A stretch of 64,000 bases of DNA from positions 6,187,079 to 6,251,078 of the forward strand of contig OZ316898.1 in the NCBI GenBank assembly GCA_973895155.1. The letters are read 5' to 3'. Every line of letters begins with the position of its first letter. Positions within the stretch are counted from its first letter, which is position 1. This stretch comes from Marsupella aquatica. Lineage: Eukaryota > Plantae > Marchantiophyta. Under the pieces are notes generated by a model. The model saw only the letters and a program-made list of their open reading frames with translations. It ran no database searches and was not told where the DNA came from. The translations under genes were made by a program, and so were the position numbers. Of this stretch, positions 11,747-23,946 are shown piece after piece.

Positions 11747-12072
11747 TGTAGAGGTTAACTCAGTCTTGGGTTGAACTATGGTTAGGATGTTAACTAGGGT
11801 TAGAGTAAACCCTAGTTGAAGAGATTGATCCTTATCTCTTCAACTTGTATGTGGTGTGAGAACACACACAAGAGAGTTCTCAAGAGAGAACACAGGGATA
11901 TAGCAAGAGATGAGAGCTTGAAGAGATGGGAGCTATGGTGATGCTTGAGTACACACATAATCGTTAATAAAGCTTTGTATTCCCGTGGACGTAACCAACC
12001 TAGAGGCGAACCACGTAACTATTGAGCACGTGTATGTTTGGAGTGTATTTCCTGATCTGATTTCTCCCCACA
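11747..12072 (+). repeat. 3' LTR
   Basis: TG...CA ends, followed by TSD ATATC. Confidence 0.95.
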
Positions 12073-15000
12073 ATATCAAGTGGGGTCTAGTGTGCATATC
12101 AGGATTTACAACAAGAAAATTGAGCAAATTGAGAAAATTGCAATCTATGAAGTGGAAATATACTCAGCAGAGGCAGTCACTCACTCCTGGTTTCTCTTGC
12201 TGCCATTTCAACACTACAATACGGCAGAAAACCATTTAATTCAAGGAAAGCCAAGGTGTCTTTGTGTAACATAGGAGCAAATCTGTTCCCTTGAGAGCAA
12301 AGTACAGCACATCAATGCCATGCCACACATGCCTCGAAACTCCTTAGTCAAATATGTCTACAGATCAAAAACCACAGAGATAAATAATAGATTAGGTCTC
12401 AAGCACTACCAAGAACAACATCCTTAACTATCCTCCTTGTTGGGCAGATTAGCCAGGTCTTATGGAAGTCTGTTAAGAACAAAAAGCTACAGAAGGAAGA
12501 TTTCGAAGCCCATAAGGATTGTACTGGGAACGCATAACTCACGAGCCAAGGACTGTGAATTTAGACCCCTCATTGGAACTATAATGTAAAGACACAAGAC
12601 AAGGATATGATGGAGGCTCAAACCTCATCCACGAAAATGAGTGTTAATTATTCCAAGGGAAAACTCTACTCTACTGGCAGGAGAGGAGATGGTTGGTAAG
12701 TCCCACTCAATGTAGGTTTGTGTCAGTCCCCTCTGACAAATAAGCACAGACGCAAGTACTCTGATAATCAATGGTCCAGATTGATCAATGTGAAATCTAT
12801 AACCAATGTGTAATTGTATACCACGAGTAGGGTGGGGGCTCCTCGTGCTATGGGACCACATTGGAAAGGGAAAATTACTTGTTGGATGATATGCTCATCT
12901 CCTTGGAAACCAAACCATGTCTCCTCGTGCTGTGGGACCACCAAACCTGAGATATCCTCGCTTTTCCCAATAAATAGTGCCGATCCATTAAAAAATTCAA
13001 AGCAATCATTTCAATAAAAAAGGATATCCATAGGGACAACCCACATTAGAATCCAGATTACAGTAAATAAATCTTCCTTGCATTCCTTTAAAGTTTTCGA
13101 ATACTTTGACCGAAACTGAAGGCCGCATGGACCCAAACATTTGACAAAATGCCTGATGGACCAGCACAACACAGACACACTGCCAAAAAGAAATTTGTAA
13201 TTCAGAGAGCAGTTTTCCTTTATTCTTCATAGAACATGCATACTTTTCTTCTCTACAGTAACCTGGTCCATCTGAATTGCAAAGTTCATGGAGTTGTCCA
13301 TTACTCTCTAATTTGAGCTTTTGAAAATGGACCCATGTACTGAAGTAAGCCAAACAACGTAACACTAAGCTTTGCCTTGCTTAGAAAGGCACTGCAAATC
13401 CAGTTTTGTGAGAGTGGAATCTTCAAACATGGACCTTCGATCCCAAAAATCAACCCAAAACAACCACTAGAACTATTCTATATCCCTCCTTACTAGCAGA
13501 GAACCAAGGTTTACCTCCAAAGGTAATTGTTCATACTTGAAGGGTCTCCCAAATGTACTTGATCCTACCTGCTGACATTTTTTTTCTTATATTCACTGAT
13601 CTGAATATCTGAAACACATCGAAGCCTAAAATTTACTTTTATTAGATTTCATCGCTTAACCATTGTTTCCACTAAGATGCTTGAATTGACAATATTGTCA
13701 CAGTTTTATTTGTATTTACAAATATGCCGCCATTCCCCACTAGATTTATAATGGGACTCATCCAATCTTCTCACTGTCAATTGTGTTATTAGCAGTCAGT
13801 AGTTGTGGACTTTGCTCTTTGGCTCCATGAAAATCTGCCGGGAGTAATTGTTATCCCCTTGTGCTCTTGTGGTCTGGGGCCTTCAGTTTGTTCTATTTCC
13901 TTCCATTATTTCAGTCTGTAGTCCCTGTGGCAGGTTGCTGACTGGTTTTTCGTTTGGCCCTATGGGGCTCCCTGTTTTTCTTTTTTTCCTTTTGAAAACT
14001 TAGGTTGGGTTTTCTCATGCCCTAGACTCGTAGCCAATTGCACAGCTCCATGTCTAGAGTGGGGTTCCCTGTCTGGTGTTCCAAAAATTAAAAAGAACAC
14101 CAAATCCATGCAAACTCATTATCAAACACAGCAAATTTGGCAATTACCCCTCCCCTGCCTCCCCACCTATTTGTTTGTTAGAGCACACATGGAGAGTAGT
14201 GTATATCACGCTGCCAATGAATTTTTATCGCATAACCAGGGAGGCAGGTCCCAAAGACCAGAGACCCCATAAAGAGAAGAAACCAGGGAAAAACCTAGGA
14301 GGACCAAAGAGCCAAAAGCTATGAAGTCCCCAACATGACAAGAGAACTAGAGTCATCCGAAATTCCCCATTTACCCTAGTGCCATCCCGGCAGCGCAAAA
14401 ACTAAGTAATCATGATTTTTTTCTTAGGTTTGGGTTGGCCTATCGTTTTCCCCCAAAAGAGTGCCATTGCCCTGTATTCAAATAGTGGACCATAGGGCAC
14501 TCTATTTGAATAGTGCTCCCGTTGTGCTGTATTCAAGTTTTGACTATATGTTTTTATTATTTGTACTGGCAGGGCATTGTGTTAAAAAATGGGGTTCAAC
14601 TATTAGTTTTGTGCTTGAATATTGACATGGTCATATGATTCATGATTTTGTACCATTATTGCTCTAACATAGAACAATTTAGTGTCAAAATTCAAACACA
14701 GAGTCCAACCTGAACACAATGCCCCGAACACAATGCCGACATTTGAAAGATATCCCTCGAATGTTGTGTATTTTGACTCGTGCTCCAGTTCATATGTGTT
14801 TTTCCGACAATCTGTTAGGGGAGAAAGCATAATCTCTTTGGGCTGGCCTAGCATGTGCTAGGCTAAGCACCTGGGCCCAGGGCCCTATGCCACTACAGTA
14901 GGGCTCGAGGTGAATGATGGAATCGATGGATGGTGGACATCAGAAGGCCGGCGGGCCCGCAGTGTCAGCGAATGCCAATCAACTCTGATGGACACCAGAA

Positions 15001-15179
15001 AGGATTCCGTCACGAGAGGCCTGACTTGATGATGACTCGCGGCCTTAAAACCGGAATTACAGAAAATTCCGCGATTGGCAGCTTTTTCGTGTATTATTCA
15101 ATCCTTGCTTAAAGTGCGACTGGCAAAAGAAGAAAACTCGACCTCTAATAAAGTATTTTCCTCTTTCCCTCGAACAGTC

Positions 15180-15500
15180 CGTACTCTATGGTAGAGGAGC
15201 CTAGTCATTTTCTTCTACGAGAATCTTTGTCTAAATCGTATCTCTAGAATATTTGGCAATCCAGTAAATAAAATAATGTTGTTTTTTAGTTTTCTCGTGA
15301 ATTTTCTAGTCTGATCCCCGAAATTCATGCCCCCATGGGCCCTATGGAACGTGACACCCGTTATCCAGTCATTGACACATTTTCCACAAGTTTTGAAGAG
15401 CAAAGTTTGACCTTCAAGATCTCCGTTTCTATCTATCTTAATTGTGGCTCTTTTGGGGGAAACTAGAGGTGCCTTGGAAAGATCTTTCCCACCAGTCAAT
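15180..15500 (-). mobile_element. Possible decayed LINE ORF2 C-terminal fragment
   Basis: A frameshifted LQNLWK..NDWI segment resembles the LWxxRN motif at L1 ORF2 ends. Weak. Confidence 0.3.
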
Positions 15501-18071
15501 TATTTCCAATTCTCATGAATGAAAGAATTATGAATTTCTAAAGATATTCCATTTTATTTTTATTTTTATTTATTTTTGGTACCTTTCCTCTTTCATGGAA
15601 GAAATATACAACCTTTTACAAGAAAAGTGCCAAAGAGAGTACAAACTAATAAACAAAAGAGGTCTCAAGTGGACAAAACCAAACTAAAAAGAAGTGAGCA
15701 AATTGAAACCCCTAAAAACCAAGAAAGAGTAACTAAAAGAAGTGTTCAATGTACACACTTTATGCTAGTATCTACCTCAATATCCTATTGAACAGTAGTT
15801 TCTTCAGTTTGCTAGAAAATAGCTTGGAAAGATCTTTCCAATAAGTCTATTGTTTTTTTCAAATCTTCTGGAGTATCGAGAGACCTACAAATTCTCAAAT
15901 ATGACTGTCTCATTTGTTTGCCACATTTCACTCATCTGTGTAATCTGTATTATATTAGAAGAAAAGGGGTTCATTGTAGTTGCAAAATCTACTCGAGCCT
16001 TTTGGCAAACATGGAGGCCCATCCAAAGTTCAATTTGTCCTGCCCCAGAGTAGTCAAAATATTAAGTTGCCTCAAAGTTAATGTAATGATCAGGTTACCC
16101 CTCATATTATATGTGGATGTGTTTAACCAGAATAATTGGTCTGGGGATACATGGAAACTCAGAACTTTTCCAAGCCAACCCCCTCCGACCCTAAAAGTAG
16201 GGGAAATGAGGGGGATCAAAATGCCATAGTTTTGTTCATAGACAGCACTCGTAACCTTGGCCTCGATGAGTGTCAAATGGGGAGTCTGGTCCAAGATGAA
16301 GGTACCATTGGAGGGGGTTAACATGAGCAACTCACGAGCCTCCAACTGTGTGTGAACTACTCAGGCGCCATCTCAGTTTGTGCATTTGAGTTAAGCCACC
16401 CATACATGAAACAGAGGACACCCTAATAATTAAATTTTTTATTAGATGTAGTTTAGTTATATAGACCACTTTGGGGAACAGGATAGTAAAAATCTTGGAT
16501 TATTCAAGCTTATGTAGTTTTAAGGATACTGTAATTAGCCAGTGTAGCTCAAGATACCCCGTCTTAGTAAGTAGATCCTAGGAATATTCTTTTTGTACAC
16601 TTCCTAGATAATTCCTAGCTGTTAGATCTCTCTCGATTAAAGAAGAACCATCAATTACCTGCTGGACCCTATGAATTGAAAAAAGACCAGTTAGACCGAA
16701 AAGATCGACAAATTTGAGCCAAAGTGACTAACAGTTCTGATGACCTTGGAATGTATTCAAGAATGTTCCTGTCGTAAACTCTCTACATTTGTTCATGACT
16801 ATCTCTCTCTCTCTCTCTGGCAACCGTCAGATTGTGCCAACCCTATGGTTTTGTGAGAAAGTGATTAATGAGATCAAAATAAGTGACAATTCTAGGTAAA
16901 AAGTTCGGTTTTCTAATGGAAGTAAAATCTGGCCACTATATATCACTGTGCCAAAAGGCGAAAACGCCCAAAAGGGAGACAGGATCCCAAGCAGCCCAAT
17001 GAAGGGGAAAGGATGCCAAAAGGTCACTAAAAAAACAGATTTGAACAACATTCTTATTTAATTCTTTAGTCCCCAGGCCCCTAGATCTGGACGTGATTCC
17101 AAACAATTATGATGTGAGAATTGGTAGAGTAAATCGTTGTTCCTGTTGGAATTTCAATATATTATTCCATGATTCTCTTTGCAGTGTGTCATTGAGGACG
17201 TAAGACTGTAAGGATCATCATTTACTGTGGTTTGCAGGTTTTCTGTCAAAGATGAAAAATTTGTGGGTTACAGTAGTTTTGGAGCCACAAATTTAATGTT
17301 TTGAATATTTATGTTCTTGTTCCGGGCAAGGTTGTCGACGTTGCTGGCATACACGTCCACGTGGACCACGTGAATGGTACACACAGTAATCAGGTTCAAC
17401 CTCTGAAGCGATTTCAAATCATTGGCTCTCGCAATAATAGAAACAACGAAAGGTAGATGTCTTGAAAATGGATGAGACTCCACCTGGCCAAACACATCTA
17501 AAATGTCTAAATTTGCATGAGTCTGGAAATAAGGTGTTCCGCATACCTTCAACTACCAGGGTTCCTTATTAACCCATCTTGTTTTCAAATGCAAGACTAC
17601 CTTATAGTTTACATCAGATCGAGCTGCACCTCCAAATGGAACCTGGGTTAGCAGCATGGTTGACAAAATTCCACTCACTGAGCCAAATAAGGAACTGAGC
17701 CAAATCAGGACTCCCCTAATATGGTATCTTTGTTTTCACTTGAAATACGCAAATGACCTTGCTAACCAAGTAACCAATCAATGCTCAGAGAAAAATAAAG
17801 TCAGACACAGAAACCTGGCTAGCCCTTGAGTGCAACATTACTGAAACATAAAGAGCTAAGAGCTAAGAGAATCCCCACCAGTCACATCAAACAGATTGTG
17901 CTGAGCTGTTTAGCAAGATGCGGTTATGTGAACACAATTCTCATTCCCAACCGGCCCTTAGTAAAACAAAAAAGGATATTTAAAATGAGTATGTTCAATG
18001 TGTAAGTCGGTACCTTCCATTGAACCATACGGTACCTTCCAGCATGTTCAACATTGTATTGTCTATGCCAG

Positions 18072-18415
18072 TGTTAGATATTTACTCTTAGGTCTAGGGT
18101 TCTAACAGGTAACCATAGTTAGGTTAACCATAATTGGAGATGTGGTTAGGTTAACTAAGTAGCACACTATATCCTAAGTGGTGCTTACTTGGATAGTTGG
18201 AATTAAGGTTCATTGTTACTGAGTCACTTGAAAGATAAGGAGAGCTTACACTGTGGAAACTTGGTATGGTCAACATGCTTAGAGTTCAGTAAAGTTCTCT
18301 TGTGAGTTCCCGTGGGCGTATCCTCAAGAAGATGAACCACGTATTTCTTGTGTCGATTACTTGTGCGTTGCATTTGTCATGGGCTTATTGTTGTGAATGT
18401 CATCCATGCTCAACA
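18072..18415 (+). mobile_element. Solo LTR
   Basis: TGTTAGATATTTACTCTTAGG...CTCAACA, with TSD GCCAG/GTCAG (one transition). Same family as 2264. Confidence 0.8.
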
Positions 18416-18778
18416 GTCAGTTGGAGTTTGATATGGAAGTCTGATGTTCAAACAAAAAAACATCTGCCCACACGGGGAGCATGAATTTAAGTTGATGAAT
18501 GCAGCTCACAGATGGCAGCATATCCACAAGAGATGTGATGCAATTTAGTGTCAAGCAGCTCTAGCAGAATCTCAAGATAGGAAGACTTTTTTTCAGTTTG
18601 AGAGTTGCAGACATTGATGAAGAATGTCAAGAGTATTTTTCAAAGTTCAGTGCAAACGAAATGCAAATTGCCATGTTAAAGCTACAAAGGGAGGAGGAAG
18701 AGGAGGAGTGAGCTTACAAGCAAGCTCTTCACTGCCCAGAACAACAAGGGCAGACCCAATAACAAATTTCTCCCTCTT

Positions 18779-20460
18779 AATAGACATTTACTCTTTGGTC
18801 TAGAGTCACTTGACGCAGTTAGTCTAAGTTGTAGTCAAGTAGTGGTGGACCTTACCACCCAGCGCCCTCACTAATCCCAGCACTCACGCCTAAGTGCCCT
18901 TGGTGCCCGAACGCCTCTATGGAATACCTCAAGCAAGCAACCTAGTGCCCCTTGCACCGCTAGCGGCCCCTCCCATACGAAGCCGCACTTGCTCTCTAAC
19001 ACGACCGCTACTCAACGGTCTTCCCTATCTGCACAAGCAACCAAGCACCTCGGTAAATAACCCTTCAGGATCTAGAACTCGCCAAGTTTAGCATCCTAAC
19101 TCAAGCTCAACAGACGTTGGTAAATAGGTTAGCGATAGGTCCTCTTGATGCCATAAGCCGGAACCAGAGCCCACGCCCACTATCCGTCTAGGACAACTCC
19201 TTCCTTGGGCGCGGCCCGGGTTCCCCCTCGTACCTATCCATCACCAACTGACCGGCCTGACCTCAGGACATGCTCATGGCCCAAATAGCGTAGCTTGTCC
19301 TAAAGCTTGTCCCAAACTTGTCCCAACACGCCGGGACCAGAACGGCCCCGACTCTAGCAACCGCTCCCGGTTCGCCCCACTGGTGGTCTAGGAGCCAAGC
19401 ACCCTTGGAACTCAGCCTCCGCACCTACTTGGCCTTGCCTCCCCAACGCAAGCTCCCTTGGGAGACTGAACGCGGCTTGGCTACTGTTCGGCAGGATTTG
19501 GCAAGCGGGCGAGCTAACACCCGCAAACCACGAGAACCCACAGTACCCCCAGACCCAGCTGAGCTCAAGAGGACGTAGCCCTTCTCAAGAGCTTTCCAAC
19601 GCACCTAAGAAGTTCTCCAACGGATTTCCCGTTGGGAAGATATCGTCATTTCCGTTTGGAGGTTTCCCTTAGTGTCGCGGCCGCGGCTCACGACTTCGGC
19701 TCGCCCTTAGCCCCCAAGGGGACACCACTCCCCTCATATATGCTTCTGGAGACCTGCCACCCCCGGACCAGCTTTGGTCCCTAAACATTTGGCCCCCAAC
19801 CCGGATCCCATCGTGCATAATGGGCGTGCCACCAATTGGCAACGCCCATAACTTTCTTGATAGGCATGCGCAAGCGGAGTGCCTTAGCCCGTTGTGACCG
19901 GGCCGACCCAGTGCTCATGCCTAGGCACTCAGGTCTGATCGCCACTCGGGGCCCCCGACCGGCCCAACCCGGATCAGGCCACAACTTGCGCCCCAAGCGT
20001 CCGTCGCCAATGGCGTCAACTCCATTGGCCTTGGGCCCAAGAGGAGCTCACTCCCAAGACCTCAGGACTCAAAGTCCATCCGGAGGTCTGGACGGCCATC
20101 CTTGAGCCCAGCCCATATCCCCTTGACCCGACCAGCCATAGGCTAGTCCAAGTCCTTAGTGTGTGCCCCCAGCTTGGCTCCTTGCCTCGCTAGTGTCACA
20201 TCTCATTGCCCACAAGTCTCCCCATGCTAAGTCCTCCCTGGATGGCCTATCCGGGCCTGGACCATAAGGGAGCTCGGCGTCGGAGTCAGCGACGCTGAAG
20301 CTAAGTGTTAAGGTAGTCGAGTTCCGCGACTCAGGTGCTTGCCTAAAAATAGATGTGATACTACTATATTTACTAGCCAGACTTTGTTAGTAAATGAAGC
20401 TTATGCTCATTGTTATGGAACCAATTGAGAGATGACAACCTGACCACCCTTGGAGCATCT
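18779..20460 (+). mobile_element. Decayed LTR of the same family, split by a 1.5-kb GC-rich insertion
   Basis: TAGACATTTACTCTTTGGTCTAGAG at about 18781. The LTR resumes near 20350 (ACTAGCCAGACTTTGTTAG, compare ACTAGCAAGACTTTGTTAG near 2365). Confidence 0.6.
18843..20347. mobile_element. GC-rich insertion, probably a long solo LTR
   Basis: Sharp GC/CpG-rich block starting with TG. Candidate TSD AGTAG/AATAG. No coding motif recognised. Confidence 0.5.
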
Positions 20461-23384
20461 TGACTTTGGATGACATATATATGGATTTTCATTGCTAAGT
20501 GCATCATGGATTTGCCAAAATAGCGGTCTTCTCATTTATACCTCCATCAAAAGTGTCTATCAGTGTAGATTGGCTTGTCTGAAAAATAATCCTCCCAAAT
20601 TCTCTCATGCCCTTGCTCTTGTTCCCTGATGATATTCCTGCTCTTTCCTTGCCTGGATCCTCCTCATTGCCCACATTGTCAAATGACTGTGTAGTTTCAA
20701 ATGAAGTTGTAAACAGAGCTGTGAGTACCACACTCTCCCACTAGGCCTGCTCCTCATCCCAGTCTTGTTGTGCCTGTTGCATCTACTCTCTCAATTTTGC
20801 CCTCCATTGCTGTAGCAGTCTGTCTTTGTCATGACTTTGGAGCAACAACGCTTCCCCTAGTTCTTTTGGACTCTATGATCAATCTCTGCTCCTATGCAGA
20901 CCATGGGGACCACAAATTTCCTCACATTTTTTTGGGAAATTTCTCAAATCATATTTGAGGTTTGACATCTCACATTCACACTTTCAAGCTTGTGCAATTT
21001 GGAATTCCTTGCCTGTTCATACCGTTGCGCTTGTCACTCTTGATGATTGGATGTCCCAACTGTGGTAGTGGTTCTCCCACCAAACTGTGGTAGGTTTCTT
21101 GTGGCACTTTCCATTCTGATGTCACTGTGGTATGTCACTCACCAAGGTGTCCGCGGCGGGAAGAAAAATACCATGACCGGTGGGGAAATTAGCCCTAACA
21201 TATATGAGACTTGGTAATTAAATATCAAAACAAGAACCACTCATGAACAAAACTGCAGTTAGGTCAATAATAAAGCTATCCCCCAAAAACATTCCTAAGC
21301 CATTTCAAGTGACACAGGGCTCCAGACAGACAATACTGTTGGCTGGCCATCTGTGTGCAGGGCTTGTGGGTCAAAAGGAAAAGCAAGGGGTTGTGTGCCT
21401 ATTCAACCACAGCCCTTCTGAGTCCCACTCAGCAACCTTGAGTATTGGGGCTCAGATTTGAACCTAGTACCTCATGACCTCAGTTCAATTATTACTCAAA
21501 ACTTAACAGGGAGCCCTCAGGATATTTAGCAACTGAGGATCCTGAAGAGAAGGAACATGAGCATGGAGACTTTGGGTGGGGGGGAGGCGGCGTGGAACTT
21601 TGGTGTGGGAAATGGAAGGGTAAGAGGGGGTCATGGATGTGTTGGAAATATTTTTGTTGGATAGGGCTGGGGAGTTTTTTTCATGTGAGACACAAGTAAA
21701 ACTAGTTTTCCTAGGAGGTTGATGGAGGACAGTACACATGCATCTTTAAGAGCATATTGATGGAATGAGGGGGGATGACTTCATCCAACTGAAGGCATGG
21801 GAAGAAACTCACTTTCTAATGACAAGCCTAGCTAGGGCTTTGAGGGAGGGATTGTCAGATAATTCCTATCCGTTGAAATAACAAATGAGGGCCCATTTTT
21901 TTACCCAACCTTGCAAGGCCTAAGCTTGGGACTAACATGCTGATCCTTAGAACAAACAAAGTGAAGGAACAATCCATTGTTCATTTTATTTTTAGCCTCT
22001 CATCCCTTATTACATGAGGTTTTCTTGTGCCCACTGGGCTTTGATTTTCTTTCCTTACACGCTAACATATCTTTTTAAGGGTTTCCTGTAATGTGGGATT
22101 TCCCATCTCCTCTCCCCAAAAGTTAAAAAAAACTCCCCCTTTTGAGAACTCACCCAATCATTATTTTGACAATTGCTATGTTTTAGAATTTTGTAATTAG
22201 TTTGTTTGCTGTATTTAATTCTTATCAACACAATTAGAAATTCCAAACTAACACAACAAAGAGAATCGTCCATATGAATGTTATCATGGGTAAAGGATAT
22301 TCCATTTTACAGTTGAAAGTCGTTCATCCTATTTTAAAATCCATACGTTAAAGCATAAAAACGTGATTCCATGGGATAGGCTCTAATTGGCCAAGGGCTG
22401 GAGACCCACATGCCCAAACTGTGAAATCCTGTGGCAAGCCAAAAGCGGTGATGTTTCCAAAGGTGTTCAAGGAAGCAACGATAAACTTCTTGTTGCTGAA
22501 CAATGATCTCTACATGTACATATCATGGTATCTTATGGGTGGTAGTGGGTAGCCTTGCTTGAAGCGGGACAACTTATTACTCCTTCCATTGGGGATAACG
22601 CATTTCATCCTTGTAACCTTTGGATGGGGTTAATGCATGCCAAATTTACATAATCATATCTTATTGACAAAATACCCGGACACACACTGATTTCCATAAC
22701 AACTGTAGGTTTGTAGATTATAAGTACGTTGTAGTTTTTTGAAAGTAAAGAAGTTTGCAGTGTGTTCTGCCTATATTGAGATTATGATTAGACGAATTAA
22801 CAGCGAATCTATTTACTGTTTAGTGTATTATCTTATTTAATGTATTAAATATCCGCATTTGTGTTAAAAAATGTCGAGGGATGACATTATGGCAAGGAGG
22901 GCATGTGCTCTTTTTCAGTGGGATGGGAGACTACGAGGTGCAAAAGGCAATTATAAAAGTGCCTTAAAGAACCAATGAGCACATTCCATGACATTTTGTT
23001 TGATGTCGCCAATTTAAAAGTATGATTCCACGCAGACGTACAGAAGTAGGTGAAACCTAAGGGAGTGAGGAAGGGAGCTACTGCAGTACATGAATTCATG
23101 ACCATAAATACTTAAAAATAAAATGAACGGCCAGGTTAAGGTTGAGGATGGACAAGCAGGGAGGGATATGCTTGATCTATCTCCTCTTAGAAAAAGTTTA
23201 CTTGACAGCCCTCATGAAACCTTTTTTTCACCAAACCGGCCCCATCTTGATGAGCCATACACTAAGTTTGTCTGAAAGACAAATCTGCATAGTTTCCTAC
23301 AAGCCATGCTTTACCATGTCACTCCACATAGTGACTCTCTGTGCATGACCATGTCATTGTGTATGTACTAGTGAGACCATCACC

Positions 23385-23946
23385 AAAACAAATGTTCTCC
23401 ATGCTGTTTTGGTGCACCGAGCCCTTCAAGCAGGGTAAATGGCCGACACTATTGGTCTTGGAAAACAATGTGGAGATTGTCAGTCACACTTAGCATTTGT
23501 CTTCAGTGAAAGGTTTTTGCTCACTCATGCCATTTGGGAAGGGGTAAATGACCAGCACTATTGGTTTTGGAAGATGATTTCCAGATTGTCGTTCTAGGTC
23601 ACACAGCATTTTTCTTCATTGGAAGCAGTTTTTGCTCACCCATGCCGTTCGGGTGAGGGTTAAAGGCCAACACTAGTGGTTTTGGACTATTGTCTTCAGG
23701 TCACTTTTAGCATTTTGCTTCAGCCAAAGCAGTTTTTTCTCACCCATGCCATTCAGGTGGGGCTAACTGGCTGACACTACACTGTCAGGTGGTTGTGAAA
23801 AGACAACATGAAGATTGTCTTCAGATCACACAACATTTTTCTTCAGCGAGAGTAGTTTTGCTCACCCATGCTGTTTGAGCGGGGGTAAATGGTGTGCAAT
23901 TCAGGCATGGGTAAGCAAAAACTACTCTCGCTGAAGAAAAATGTTG
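23385..23946. repeat. Degenerate ~120-bp tandem array (about 5 units) ending in a fold-back
   Basis: A recurring unit contains TTTTGCTCACCCATGC...GGGTAAATGGCC.ACACTA..GGT...GATTGTC...AGCATTT.TCTTCA. An inverted copy lies at about 23904-23946. Confidence 0.75.

Larger units (their letters stand above)
6052..12072 (+). mobile_element. Full-length Ty1/copia LTR retrotransposon (Tnt1/Tork-like)
   Basis: Two 326-bp LTRs, TSD ATATC (6047-6051 and 12073-12077), a tRNA-Met PBS, a PPT, and a single ORF in gag-PR-IN-RT-RH order. Confidence 0.97.

Noticed and set aside
20500-21130. Possible hAT transposase N-terminal remnant (also about 18420-18720 and 14600-14800)
   Set aside because: The resemblance is too faint, with no TIRs or intact motifs.
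21440-21500. B-box-like GGTTCAAATC on the minus strand; similar tRNA-like hints near 24630 and 30650
   Set aside because: No cloverleaf, clear A box or TSD. At most these are decayed SINE heads.
22950-22980. ATAAAAGTGCCTTAAA shared with the exon near 32770
   Set aside because: The similarity does not extend much further and may be chance.
23385-23946. Repeat array as a CRISPR-like locus
   Set aside because: The units are long and degenerate with no unique spacers, there are no cas genes, and the context is eukaryotic.
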